This document shows, piece by piece, positions 10,094 through 20,788 of a DNA stretch of 64,000 nt; position 1 is the stretch's first letter, and each line of letters opens with the position of its first letter. The translations under genes and the position numbers were made by a program. Source of the stretch: an uncultured Mollicutes bacterium. GTDB lineage: Bacteria; Bacillota_I; Bacilli_A; ML615J-28; CAG-313. The notes below the pieces were generated by a model. That model saw nothing but the letters and a program-made list of their open reading frames with translations. It made no database searches and was not told the DNA's origin. The stretch spans positions 73,855-137,854 of the forward strand of contig URLJ01000001.1 of NCBI GenBank assembly GCA_900548675.1, in the 5' to 3' direction.

Positions 10094-11902
10094 TTACTCA
10101 ACTTCACAAATGAAAGTTGTTTTTGTGTCTACTTCCGCGTCACTTACATAAATAACTTTTCCAGTTTTAAATACGGCACCGTTATCTAATGCATCCCCTT
10201 CAGCATCTAATCGATACCAATTATATGTGTAATCTTGAGCCTCTGTCGCAGTTGCCCAAGTACTTCCATTATATTTCATTAAAGTTACTGTTTTAGCATT
10301 TGTATCTACTTTGTACCAAAGCGTTCCACTTGTTGGACTACTTGGCGCACTTACACTAATATCTGCTAATAAACCGTCTGTTTCATTTCCATTTGCAAAT
10401 AATCTACAAGTTAAAGTTGTATTTCCAATTCCGTTTTTGAAAATATTTCCACCTGTACTTTCAATTGTTGCAACCATCGAATCTGATTTATCTTCTAAAG
10501 TAATTACGTCTTGATAAGTTTGTGAATTATATGTCATTGTGCATCTATAAGTTGCTATGTTTGCAACTGAGCTACCATCAACAGATAAAGTCGCTGCAGT
10601 TCCAACTTGAGACCAAGAGCCAGAGGCATATTTTTCCCATTTGTATGTAGCTCCAGAGCTGATTGATGTCGCACCATCATAAGCTTGAGTAGCTAATGTT
10701 AATGTGCCACTTTGATTAATGAAAACTGTTCCATTTGGAGCATAAACTGTAAATACCACTGCATTTTCTCCATCTTGTCCCGCAGCCCCTGCTGCACCTT
10801 TAACAGCCTTTGACCAACTAAATGTTTTAGTAACTGTTTGGCCATTTGAAGTAATTACTAATGGAATTGTTCCACTATCTACATTTCCTAAAGTGGCTCC
10901 TTTTGTAATTGATAATGTTAAAGTAACTACATTATTAGAAGTTGCTTGAGTTGCTGTCATTCCGCTTGGTAAACCTGTTGGAGTTGTTAAAGTACAACTT
11001 GTAATTGCTGTTCCTTTATAAGCTGTAATTGGAATAGTAATTGTTGTGGCGGCTGAAATTGGATGATTTGTACTTGCGTCTGCAATAATAGATTGCGCTT
11101 CGTTGCCAATAATTACTGATAAACCTCCCGCGCCCGCAGCGCCATTTGTTCCTGCTTTACCATCATATAATTTACTAATTGAAATTATGTCGTAAACATC
11201 AGTATTTTCTGTTGATAGTTTAATTGTAGCAACATCGTCAACAAAAATTCCATGAGAAGGTTTAACATTTAAAGTCCCGCTTGTAATATTTGCATTATCA
11301 GATGTTGTTGGATAATCAACAAAATTCCCACTACTGTTTTTATATTGCCATCTAATTGTAGAAACACCTTGTATTTCTCCAGTTAAACTAATTGAATCTG
11401 GACCTATTAAAGTTTTATCTCCATTATATTTAAAAATTTGTGCCCCACTAATTGTAGCTAACCTTGCGCTTGAAGCATTTTTTACTAAAGAATAAGAAAT
11501 ATCAGCTTGCGCATAAACTGTTTGTCTTGTTTGTGGGTCAATATATTGTATATAACATATATAAGTAACTAATCCCGAATTTGAACTTGATAATACATTT
11601 GTATTAACAGTTAATTTTCCACCGCTTACAGTTTCTCCAGTTGTAAGAGATGCCTCTGCCCCAGAGCCATCTCTTCTTTTATAATTAATTGTTAAACCAG
11701 AGGCATTTAATTGCACTGCAGTTTGATTAAGGAAAATTGTAGGTTCAACTACTAAATTTGTAGTTGTCCAGTTAGGATTAAAAGCATTTGTATCTTGGTC
11801 TAAAATTTGTGTTTTTGGTAAATTTGATGTTAAATATACTGATAGTTGTCTGCTATCTGATAAATCAACAATCGTAATTTGACCTGAAGCTTTTATTGCC
11901 AT
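10094..11902 (-). CDS. tail/baseplate structural protein (602 aa)
   Basis: Position and composition. Repeated GAAG/TNGAAGAGG segments. Confidence 0.3.
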   Translation of the reverse strand: MAIKASGQITIVDLSDSRQLSVYLTSNLPKTQILDQDTNAFNPNWTTTNLVVEPTIFLNQTAVQLNASGLTINYKRRDGSGAEASLTTGETVSGGKLTVNTNVLSSSNSGLVTYICYIQYIDPQTRQTVYAQADISYSLVKNASSARLATISGAQIFKYNGDKTLIGPDSISLTGEIQGVSTIRWQYKNSSGNFVDYPTTSDNANITSGTLNVKPSHGIFVDDVATIKLSTENTDVYDIISISKLYDGKAGTNGAAGAGGLSVIIGNEAQSIIADASTNHPISAATTITIPITAYKGTAITSCTLTTPTGLPSGMTATQATSNNVVTLTLSITKGATLGNVDSGTIPLVITSNGQTVTKTFSWSKAVKGAAGAAGQDGENAVVFTVYAPNGTVFINQSGTLTLATQAYDGATSISSGATYKWEKYASGSWSQVGTAATLSVDGSSVANIATYRCTMTYNSQTYQDVITLEDKSDSMVATIESTGGNIFKNGIGNTTLTCRLFANGNETDGLLADISVSAPSSPTSGTLWYKVDTNAKTVTLMKYNGSTWATATEAQDYTYNWYRLDAEGDALDNGAVFKTGKVIYVSDAEVDTKTTFICEVE

Positions 11903-11915
11903 TTATATTCCTCCT

Positions 11916-14900
11916 TTACACTTGAATAGAACAGTTAAATGTTGCTTGCGAATCTACATCTGCTTGCGTTAAAGAAATTGTTGAACCCATGCCTAAATGT
12001 GATTGATTCCAAGCTTCATCTCCTTCTTCGTCTTTTGAAACTCTAGTCCAAATAAAAGCAGAAGGTGATAATGTATTAGTTATATCTTCCTGTCCTTTTC
12101 TTACAACTGCCGTTAAGACAGTGTCTATATTTCTATTTTTAAAAACATTTCCGTTTGATGAAAGAATAGTTATATTATAAGCTATTGTTCCATCTATTAT
12201 ATTATCTATTGTATCATTTTTACCTGCATAATTGATTTTAAAGCCTTCTTGAGATACTTCAAAAAAAGTATGCCCATTCTCATTTAGACCTCTAATACCA
12301 TATTTAATAACAGATTCGCCTTGTACGGTCTCTTCCCATTTACCTACCTGTACTCTTAAATTGCGGTCTTTTCCATTGATAGAAACCTCATTTGGCTGTA
12401 ATACCTCTAAACCATTTTCAGAAGTTAATCTTAAAGCACCTTCCTGTGCGTCTAAACTTAAACCGTTCCAAGCCAAACTTACTGCATCTCTATAAACTTT
12501 AAAACTTTCTGTATAAATATAATCATCAATAAAAAATGGTAATTTATCTAATTCTTCTATAGTTGTAGTTACATTTTCTCCAAAAGTTGCCGTTAAGTCA
12601 ATTAACATTGGCTGAGTTAATTTTAATTGCCAATTAGATTGAATTTCTGATAACATAGCAGAAACTTCATATAAATTTTGATTATTTGCTCCACTTAGCA
12701 TTCCACTAATTGTTATCATACCATCATTTATAAAATAACTTATTGTTTTTGAATAATTTTGTAAACCTGCAATTAATTGATGTTGAATATTTCCATCCAC
12801 ATTTTCTAAACCAATTGTCGCTCTATAATAATATTTATGTGTGCTATCAATATCAATTGTATGATGTGTAATATTTAAATTTCTACTACCTACGTTTTGA
12901 GTGCTTACAAGACAATTATAATTGCCAACTGACTCAATGTCAAGTGTTGCATTTTCATCTGTGCTCCATTGATTTGTATATGTGCCTAAAAAGTTAGGAT
13001 TTTGAATTAAATTACGGAATTGTGTACCTTCTTTGCGTTCTACTAATTGTCTAAATTGTAAACCATTTTGGTTGTATAGTACATAAGTATTAAAATCAGT
13101 TTGTTTATTTGCGTCTTCTCCATAGGCATAAATACCATTTTCATTCCATAAAAAACGCGGTTGTGAGCTATTCCAAATTTGGATTTGACGAGTATCTAAT
13201 TTACCAACGGTCATTTTACTTGCATTTATATAACTTGGTGTAATTGCTGTCTCCCATTTGTAATTACCATATTCATCATAACTATCTGCAATAAAAATAC
13301 CATTTGAAGTAATTCTCATTTTACCATAAACGCCATTTTCGTTCTTTTCTTTATTTGTTACTGTAATACCTGTTTCATCCCAAACTACATCATTAAATTC
13401 ACTTAATTTCAATTCAACTTTGTTTTGCATTAAAGTATCTTCTAATAAGTTTTTATTAATATTTCCTGTTGCATCGGTGATTGTAGTTGCATAATCATAA
13501 TAATCACCTTTATTTTGTAATTGAATTGTTGCCGCAGTAATTTTTTGGAATAAATCTTCAAACTTATCTTTAAAATTACTAATAGTAATTTCTGTATTTT
13601 GAGGCTCTAGCAAATTAAAAGACACTGAATTAATAAATCCTACTAATCCATAAAATCTTAATTCTTCATCGTAAATTGGAATACGCGTTCCTGCAACAGG
13701 TTTGAAATTGCTATAATCTTTAACAGGGTGTTCTAGTTGTGCTAAATTAGCAACTGAAATAGTATAAGTTACTTGAGGAATTGAAGATTCTTTCATTGTA
13801 TCTAAAGCATCGTTATAATAATATTTTGAAGTTACGTCATAATTACAATCTAAAATATAGCTAGAAAACGCGCTTTCTTGGTCAAAAGACATTAATGGTA
13901 CATTTGTAGTATATTGTAATTTAATTTTTGTATATACTTTACCATCAATTGTTTCTTTATAAGAATAATAATCAGTTCCATAAATTAAAGTATAAGTTGA
14001 ATGTGTTAATTCTAAAGTTTCGTCATTAATATAATTAACTCCACTTGTATTAGCAGTAACTATAATTGAAGATAAAATAACATCTTCATGGTCAATTGTC
14101 AAAATCTGTTCTAGTGGAGAATAATACATTCTCGCGCGATTACCTAAATCATCAATATAAGTTTGATTATTTAAATAACCTTCATATATATAATAATTTG
14201 TTCCACGTGCCTTCGCTCTAACATAAATTCTTGTATCTGCAGTTTGTGTAAATACAGTTCCATCTTCAGGCTCGTAGAAATTAATATAAATACCTCTATT
14301 TGTTAAACTATTCTCATCGGTATTTGTATAACCATATTCTACTGTATAATCCGTTCCTTGCGTTGCATGAGTTGGCCCTTTAACATAAACTTTAAAATTT
14401 TCGTCATACTCGCTATTAACAATACTGTTGTTCATAACTTCAATGCTTTCAATATCGATTATATCATATAAATAAACATCTCGTTGAACTCCGTCAACTT
14501 GAACTTGCCCTACAATTTCATTTGGTATTTTATAACACCAATTATCAGTTGTCCATTGTTGAGTAGGTAGTAACTGTTCTGTTGGTAATTCACTTGGAAC
14601 TACTTCAGTAAAAGTTTCAGTTTTATTCATATAGGTTGTATAACTAGTATCTTCCCAATAGCCCTCTCTTACAAAAGGAGCTAATAATGATTCGAATTCA
14701 GTTACAACCTCTTGTTTTTCTAATTGAGCTAAAAATAAATTTAGTTTTAATTGGTCAACTTCAATTTCCTTTTCATAAATTAAACCTGTTGTATCACCAT
14801 TATCACGCCCTCTTCCTAATCGCGCCAGTTCAATTGTAGCTTCTGTTACTTTTGCTAACCAATATTGTCTTAGTTTAATATAAAATTCTAATGGATAATA

Positions 14901-16505
14901 TTCTAAATCCATTCTAAACGCTGCATAATCTTGTGTGTTGCCAATTTTACCATTTACAATTGAAGCTTCTAAAATAGTTTCTGTAATAGGTTCTACTTTA
15001 TGAACTTTTAGTTGCAAATTACTAATTGTATCATTAGTATATAAAGTATCGTTTAAATCAGCAATATTATTAGGTTCTCTAAAAGTTGCGGCGTTAGGTA
15101 AGTATTTTACACCTGTTTCGCTGAAACGAATAATCGTATAACCCGCATCTTCATACAAATAAGCAATTCTATTCTCTTTCCATTGCGCACCTTTTGGAAT
15201 AAGTGCCATTTCTTCCATTGCTTTATTTGCTTGTTCTAAAGCGCTATCTCTTTGCGCCAAATAATATTCATATTGAGTTTTTAATTCAGTTAATTCTTCT
15301 TTTGCTTGATTTAATTGTTGAGAAGTTTGATTAATATATTTGTTTCTAAAACGCATATTTTGTTGGTAATCTTCAATTAAATCTTTTGTTCCCTCAATTG
15401 TGTGCTCTTCAATTGTAGGAGTAGCAAAATCAGTTACATGAAAAGTCATTGATAAATCAGGATTAATTAACTGTTTATTTTTTAAATCCGTATCTGTTCT
15501 TTCATCGCCTAAATACCAGCTGAAATCTAACAAATAGTTCTCTTTCATATAGTTTTTTTCATTATTTGCAATCGCTACAATTCCATTGTCTGTATTAGGA
15601 TTTGTTAGCGGCGTTACGTACATTTTTGTAACTATTTGCGAATCATCTACTTGACGAGAAATACTTTTTAAATTCTTTGTATATCTTACTGAAAATAAAG
15701 CATCTTCTGGAATATCATTTCTGAAAATAATTGTCTTACTTGTAACTTTCTTATTTTCATATGTAATTTTGTAGTCTGCCCAAACTTCAAAACTTTCACA
15801 TAAATCTTGTGTTAAATTCCAGCGATTTGATTTTTCAGCTTTGATAATTCTCTCTTTAATATCGTATTCATCTTTTTTAATTGGATTGTTATTATCGTCG
15901 TAATCTACAATTCTATCATTTTCGTAAAATTGATTACTTTGACGATTATCTTCAGCCATTTCTGTATCAACATCGTAATAGCTTTTAACTTCATAATTCC
16001 AATCTGTATTTTCCACAATCTTACTTGCCCAAAAATGAATATCAGAATCAGATACTCCTATTGGCTCTGAATCCGGGTCACTTGGGTCTACATTGTCAGG
16101 ATATATATAAAGAGTTTCTTCGCTAAAAGTTAAGTTGTAGCCAGTTTGGCCAAGTTCAAACTCAGCCAAACTCATACAATTTATATCAACCATCATTTGG
16201 TCACTTTCAGAATGAGATTCTGTATAATCTCTTAATACAAACTCTTCTATCTCTTCTCCTTTGCGCTCAACTCTTATTTTATATTGGTTAGTAATATATT
16301 GCCAACGAATATTATCTACATATTGATTAGTTTTAGTATCAAAATGTCTAAGTGGTAAACTTAAAGATAAGGTTTTCGCGCCGTTTGCATTTACAGTAAG
16401 AATAGGATTAGAACACTGTCCGATAAATTCTTTATCAGAACTGTAAAGTAAATCAATATATTCATCATCATGAGAATATAAAGAAATTTTTAAATCACTA
16501 TTCAT
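11916..16505 (-). CDS. large tail tip/baseplate protein (1529 aa), Tal-like position
   Basis: Second gene after the tape measure in transcription order. Size typical of tail-associated tip proteins. Confidence 0.35.
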   Translation of the reverse strand: MNSDLKISLYSHDDEYIDLLYSSDKEFIGQCSNPILTVNANGAKTLSLSLPLRHFDTKTNQYVDNIRWQYITNQYKIRVERKGEEIEEFVLRDYTESHSESDQMMVDINCMSLAEFELGQTGYNLTFSEETLYIYPDNVDPSDPDSEPIGVSDSDIHFWASKIVENTDWNYEVKSYYDVDTEMAEDNRQSNQFYENDRIVDYDDNNNPIKKDEYDIKERIIKAEKSNRWNLTQDLCESFEVWADYKITYENKKVTSKTIIFRNDIPEDALFSVRYTKNLKSISRQVDDSQIVTKMYVTPLTNPNTDNGIVAIANNEKNYMKENYLLDFSWYLGDERTDTDLKNKQLINPDLSMTFHVTDFATPTIEEHTIEGTKDLIEDYQQNMRFRNKYINQTSQQLNQAKEELTELKTQYEYYLAQRDSALEQANKAMEEMALIPKGAQWKENRIAYLYEDAGYTIIRFSETGVKYLPNAATFREPNNIADLNDTLYTNDTISNLQLKVHKVEPITETILEASIVNGKIGNTQDYAAFRMDLEYYPLEFYIKLRQYWLAKVTEATIELARLGRGRDNGDTTGLIYEKEIEVDQLKLNLFLAQLEKQEVVTEFESLLAPFVREGYWEDTSYTTYMNKTETFTEVVPSELPTEQLLPTQQWTTDNWCYKIPNEIVGQVQVDGVQRDVYLYDIIDIESIEVMNNSIVNSEYDENFKVYVKGPTHATQGTDYTVEYGYTNTDENSLTNRGIYINFYEPEDGTVFTQTADTRIYVRAKARGTNYYIYEGYLNNQTYIDDLGNRARMYYSPLEQILTIDHEDVILSSIIVTANTSGVNYINDETLELTHSTYTLIYGTDYYSYKETIDGKVYTKIKLQYTTNVPLMSFDQESAFSSYILDCNYDVTSKYYYNDALDTMKESSIPQVTYTISVANLAQLEHPVKDYSNFKPVAGTRIPIYDEELRFYGLVGFINSVSFNLLEPQNTEITISNFKDKFEDLFQKITAATIQLQNKGDYYDYATTITDATGNINKNLLEDTLMQNKVELKLSEFNDVVWDETGITVTNKEKNENGVYGKMRITSNGIFIADSYDEYGNYKWETAITPSYINASKMTVGKLDTRQIQIWNSSQPRFLWNENGIYAYGEDANKQTDFNTYVLYNQNGLQFRQLVERKEGTQFRNLIQNPNFLGTYTNQWSTDENATLDIESVGNYNCLVSTQNVGSRNLNITHHTIDIDSTHKYYYRATIGLENVDGNIQHQLIAGLQNYSKTISYFINDGMITISGMLSGANNQNLYEVSAMLSEIQSNWQLKLTQPMLIDLTATFGENVTTTIEELDKLPFFIDDYIYTESFKVYRDAVSLAWNGLSLDAQEGALRLTSENGLEVLQPNEVSINGKDRNLRVQVGKWEETVQGESVIKYGIRGLNENGHTFFEVSQEGFKINYAGKNDTIDNIIDGTIAYNITILSSNGNVFKNRNIDTVLTAVVRKGQEDITNTLSPSAFIWTRVSKDEEGDEAWNQSHLGMGSTISLTQADVDSQATFNCSIQV

Positions 16506-16520
16506 CTCCTTTTCCTCCTT

Positions 16521-19500
16521 TTATATATAAGTATGTTTCCAATCTACATACACATTTTTTAATCTATAATTTTGCGCGCTTGAAGCTACTGATAATTTGT
16601 TGAAAATAGTATTTTCAATTGCGCTATTACTTATCGCTGTTATAGATGTAGGAAAAGGTTTTAGATAGTCTACAAATTTGCAGTTAGCAAGTGAAAGGAA
16701 TGATTGTTCATCATTAAATTTGTTTAGACTAATTATTTTAGTTTTGTCTATTTTATGTTTAACATAAATTTCACAAAGCTCACTATCTATTTCAATTTGC
16801 CAATTGTCTAAATTGCCATCATAGATATCTAAGAAAGGTTTAAAATTAGCAAAGTTACTAATACTAATTAAAGACTCTTCGTTTAGTATTTGAATACCAT
16901 TATCGGTTAATTTGCAACTTTCAGTTTTTATTATTAATGGACTATTCTCGGTTGGAATAATTAAATCAAAAATTAAATTTAAGTTTGCGCGAGAAGTACC
17001 TGCATTATATAAATAAACTGGTCTATTTGTGCTAATTCCAGATTTTGTAGCGTCTCCTGTGTCTATGTCAAAATAAGATTTTTTATAAATATCATTATCA
17101 TGATAGAAACTTGAGTCATTTAATAGATTACTACAATTTACCATATAATCTATATAAATATTTTGTTGTGGAATATAAGTTAAAGCTAATTCTGCGTTAT
17201 CTACATAAATATTATTTATTCCAGTATATAAGTAAATATTTTTTAAAGCTTCTTCTTGTTCTTGAGTATATGGAATTACCTCTTCTTTTTCTAATTCGTA
17301 TTCTATCATTATTGGAGTGCCATTTTCATAACGTTCTTTAAATAAAGCTTGTAAACCTTCAATTGTTCTATTAGCAGCTGAAAAATATATATATTTATCT
17401 TCTCCCCATTGAGAAAAAGCCATATAATTATCTGAATTTACTACTTGATTTTGTGTTGTAGTTTCAAAACAATTGCTAAGTACATTAGATAAATTTCCTG
17501 TATAATCAAGCATATTTATTTTAATTTCGTTTAGCGCGGCTACTCTTTTTGACGATGTACACAATCTTGTTCCACTATCAATAGTTGTTATATATTCTTC
17601 GCCTGTAAAAATATATTGTCTTCTCGTATTGTGAATTCCATCTTCAGCCAAATAACTTCCTTCATATAATTTTTGTCCTTCAGAAAGAGGGAAAGTTACT
17701 GTTTGTGATTGATGGTCTACATATTCTGTCGCAGTTTTTCCTTGCTCTAATTGTATTTCTATTATTAAATTATCAAAACTAAAACCTGCAAGAGCATATA
17801 TAATTAATCTAGGACTATAGCCATCTTCGGTAATTTTAATAGTTGTTGATAATTCTTCATTTTTTAAATTTACCGATTGCAAACTCCAATTATCAACTGT
17901 ATCATTTTTAAAACTGGTATGCACTAATAAATAATCAGAAAAACTTCCTGAAACTTTTTTGCAAGACAAAGTGTAAAAATTATCTTTTTTATAATAAATA
18001 TCATTATTGCCTAATAAATCATAAGAAAAATTATTAGTTGCCGTACCATTTATTTTTATTCTATGTTCATCTAATATTTCTATAGTTATTCCATAAGCAG
18101 AAATAGTATGACCTTTATCATATCCAAATGGTATTAAATTTTTATTACAAATTTGAATATCTACTTTTTCTTCTGTATTCTGAATTTCACTAGGAATTTT
18201 AATACTTGGAATTGGTGTTAAATAATTATAATGTAATTTTACATTATCATTACCAATAATATTTGTTATATTTTGATATAGTGTTGAATTTTCTAAAGCG
18301 TCTAATTGAGCTATTAAAATTTCATCTGTAATTTCTTGATAAAACGGTTTTTCTAATGGATAAATTATATACATTGGATTTCCTATATTATATAATTCAA
18401 TTAGTTTAGCTTTAAAATTATCTGGATTATCATAATTTTCACATTTAAAGAAAACATTATTTCCAGTACCATACTTTTGTAATGCAAATTCATAATTTGT
18501 AAGTATATTATTAATTCCGCTTTGAACAGGATTATAAGTAAAATAATTAGAATATGCTTTACATTCAGCTTTAAAAGGATTGTCATTAAGTAAATTACCT
18601 ACGCTAAATAAATTTGTACCATAAGTATTTGCAAAATTTTCATTACCAGTAAATATATATTTATACCAATTTAATTTATAATACCATTTATTATTTCGTT
18701 TTACAATTGCATCTTTAATTATTTCATTGTCATATAATTCTCTATCTAAATAAATTGGATAGGTTTGTAATTGGTGGGGTTCGTAGTCGGTTTTTGTTTT
18801 TCTCTCTAATTGCACATCTGTTACTTCAACGTAACTATTTCCTTCTGTTACTGCTGTACCTGTACAATTACTCCAAAATCTTAAGATAATATATTTATAA
18901 TTAGATGTATTAAAACTTAATGATAATTCTCTTTGATTATTTTTAGTAATATCTACAATGCTTGAAGATATCTCTATCATGCTTGAAGTGTTCTCTTCAT
19001 CATTACCATAAACAGATATTCCCACTTTTGAAGTCGCAGCAACTGTTTCTAAAAACTTAGAAGATATAGTTAAGTCTTCATTAGGATATATATTTTCAAA
19101 TATGGAAGCACAATTTCCCCAAGTTCCAGTACTTATCATATCAAAACTATTTATTGCTCGATTTAAATATCTCGCAGCACTACCTTTTAATGTGAACACT
19201 GTTAAATCTGCTAAATTCTTATTACAAACCTCTACTTCAATACTACCTTGTCCATAAGGAGACCATGATGTTGCTTTTGTTCCTTTTTCTATTTTTATAC
19301 TATCTAATATTTCTTGTTCTGTTAAAGTATCATACTGTTGCGTATAATAATAAACACATAAATATTTATCGTTTTCACTACTTGTTATAGATAATTCGTC
19401 AACATCAGCATTTGATATACAATTAGTAAACACACTATCTTGAGATGGAACATTTTCACTAGTTCCAATAATAAATCTCTTACTGATGATTTTTGATATT

Positions 19501-20786
19501 GTATATGTTGTATTAGGTTTGCACTCTATATATATTGATTTTTGTATCGAAGCTTCCTTAAAAGTTTTACTTGATATATCAATAGACCCATTTAAAACAT
19601 TTGCATTATCTTTATCAAATTCATTAATATTACTTCCAACACCCTCAACAGGACTTTCAAATTCAAGGCTTGGCATTATTCCATATGGTTCGAATTCTGT
19701 AGTGTCTGTTATTCCATCGGCTACTAAAATACCAACTTTATAGTTTGTAAATGTTCCACCTTTTATTCCTACAACCACCCTTGTGTATGTTAAATTTGGG
19801 GCATAACTTACTATTGCACTACTTATAATCCCAGTAGCAACTATATTTGCCCAATTAACATAAGTATATATGTTAGGCTGATATGTATCACTACAACTTC
19901 CACCTAACTGGAATGCTTTTAATTTAGTTGTACTTGTTGTTGTGAATTCATTTGAAGTTAAATTAAATACACTTTCAGTTCCATTATTTGTTCCGTTAAA
20001 TGTCATTATTCCGTCTTTAATTTCTAATGTTATTCCATTACTACTAAATGTTTGATTTGGTAATTGTAATTTGTTATATCCTTTTCTAGTTTCCTGACTT
20101 GAATTACCTTCAATTATAAACTCATGTTCTTTTGTCGCATCCACATCATTCAAACTAATCATCTCACCTTCAACTGTCTCTCCTTCTTCCGCCGCTCTAG
20201 TTTCTTGACGACTAACTCCTTGAATACCAATTTCAGTTTCAACATTCATAGCATCATTAACACTAATTACACCATTTGTAGAATTAACCACTTCTGCTAA
20301 ATAATCATAATTCTCATCAAAACTTTGCCAATCACTGTATCCATAATTGTCAAAACAAACAAATTGAATATTAAACTCTCCTTTATAAATACCTTGTTTA
20401 AACTCAATTCCATTTACTACCTTAGTTTCTTCTAAAAAAGGCACAAAATTTAATTCTGGTTCACTATTTAAAGTAACCCAATAATATTTAAAAGGTTCCT
20501 CTTTAAAAGTTAACTTATCAATTTTAAAAGGATGTAACCATTCTTTTATTTGATTTAAAGTTTGCCCGTTAATATTATCAAAAGCAATATTAATATTAAA
20601 TACCTTTTCTCCTATTTGAGATTTCCATTTGTAAACCCCTACTTTACCTGCAACTGTCGTAGTATTAGGATTAACACTACCGTAAACAGGAGGAGAATAG
20701 CGGTCTCCTGAAGAAACCGCTATTAAATTAAATTCGCTTGCCCAATGGTCTCCGAATTTAAAATCTATAAAATCTCTATCCTCCAT
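16521..20786 (-). CDS. large distal tail protein (1421 aa), Dit-like position
   Basis: Immediately follows the tape measure gene (TMP stop 20789, this start 20786). Confidence 0.35.
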   Translation of the reverse strand: MEDRDFIDFKFGDHWASEFNLIAVSSGDRYSPPVYGSVNPNTTTVAGKVGVYKWKSQIGEKVFNINIAFDNINGQTLNQIKEWLHPFKIDKLTFKEEPFKYYWVTLNSEPELNFVPFLEETKVVNGIEFKQGIYKGEFNIQFVCFDNYGYSDWQSFDENYDYLAEVVNSTNGVISVNDAMNVETEIGIQGVSRQETRAAEEGETVEGEMISLNDVDATKEHEFIIEGNSSQETRKGYNKLQLPNQTFSSNGITLEIKDGIMTFNGTNNGTESVFNLTSNEFTTTSTTKLKAFQLGGSCSDTYQPNIYTYVNWANIVATGIISSAIVSYAPNLTYTRVVVGIKGGTFTNYKVGILVADGITDTTEFEPYGIMPSLEFESPVEGVGSNINEFDKDNANVLNGSIDISSKTFKEASIQKSIYIECKPNTTYTISKIISKRFIIGTSENVPSQDSVFTNCISNADVDELSITSSENDKYLCVYYYTQQYDTLTEQEILDSIKIEKGTKATSWSPYGQGSIEVEVCNKNLADLTVFTLKGSAARYLNRAINSFDMISTGTWGNCASIFENIYPNEDLTISSKFLETVAATSKVGISVYGNDEENTSSMIEISSSIVDITKNNQRELSLSFNTSNYKYIILRFWSNCTGTAVTEGNSYVEVTDVQLERKTKTDYEPHQLQTYPIYLDRELYDNEIIKDAIVKRNNKWYYKLNWYKYIFTGNENFANTYGTNLFSVGNLLNDNPFKAECKAYSNYFTYNPVQSGINNILTNYEFALQKYGTGNNVFFKCENYDNPDNFKAKLIELYNIGNPMYIIYPLEKPFYQEITDEILIAQLDALENSTLYQNITNIIGNDNVKLHYNYLTPIPSIKIPSEIQNTEEKVDIQICNKNLIPFGYDKGHTISAYGITIEILDEHRIKINGTATNNFSYDLLGNNDIYYKKDNFYTLSCKKVSGSFSDYLLVHTSFKNDTVDNWSLQSVNLKNEELSTTIKITEDGYSPRLIIYALAGFSFDNLIIEIQLEQGKTATEYVDHQSQTVTFPLSEGQKLYEGSYLAEDGIHNTRRQYIFTGEEYITTIDSGTRLCTSSKRVAALNEIKINMLDYTGNLSNVLSNCFETTTQNQVVNSDNYMAFSQWGEDKYIYFSAANRTIEGLQALFKERYENGTPIMIEYELEKEEVIPYTQEQEEALKNIYLYTGINNIYVDNAELALTYIPQQNIYIDYMVNCSNLLNDSSFYHDNDIYKKSYFDIDTGDATKSGISTNRPVYLYNAGTSRANLNLIFDLIIPTENSPLIIKTESCKLTDNGIQILNEESLISISNFANFKPFLDIYDGNLDNWQIEIDSELCEIYVKHKIDKTKIISLNKFNDEQSFLSLANCKFVDYLKPFPTSITAISNSAIENTIFNKLSVASSAQNYRLKNVYVDWKHTYI

Positions 20787-20788
20787 TT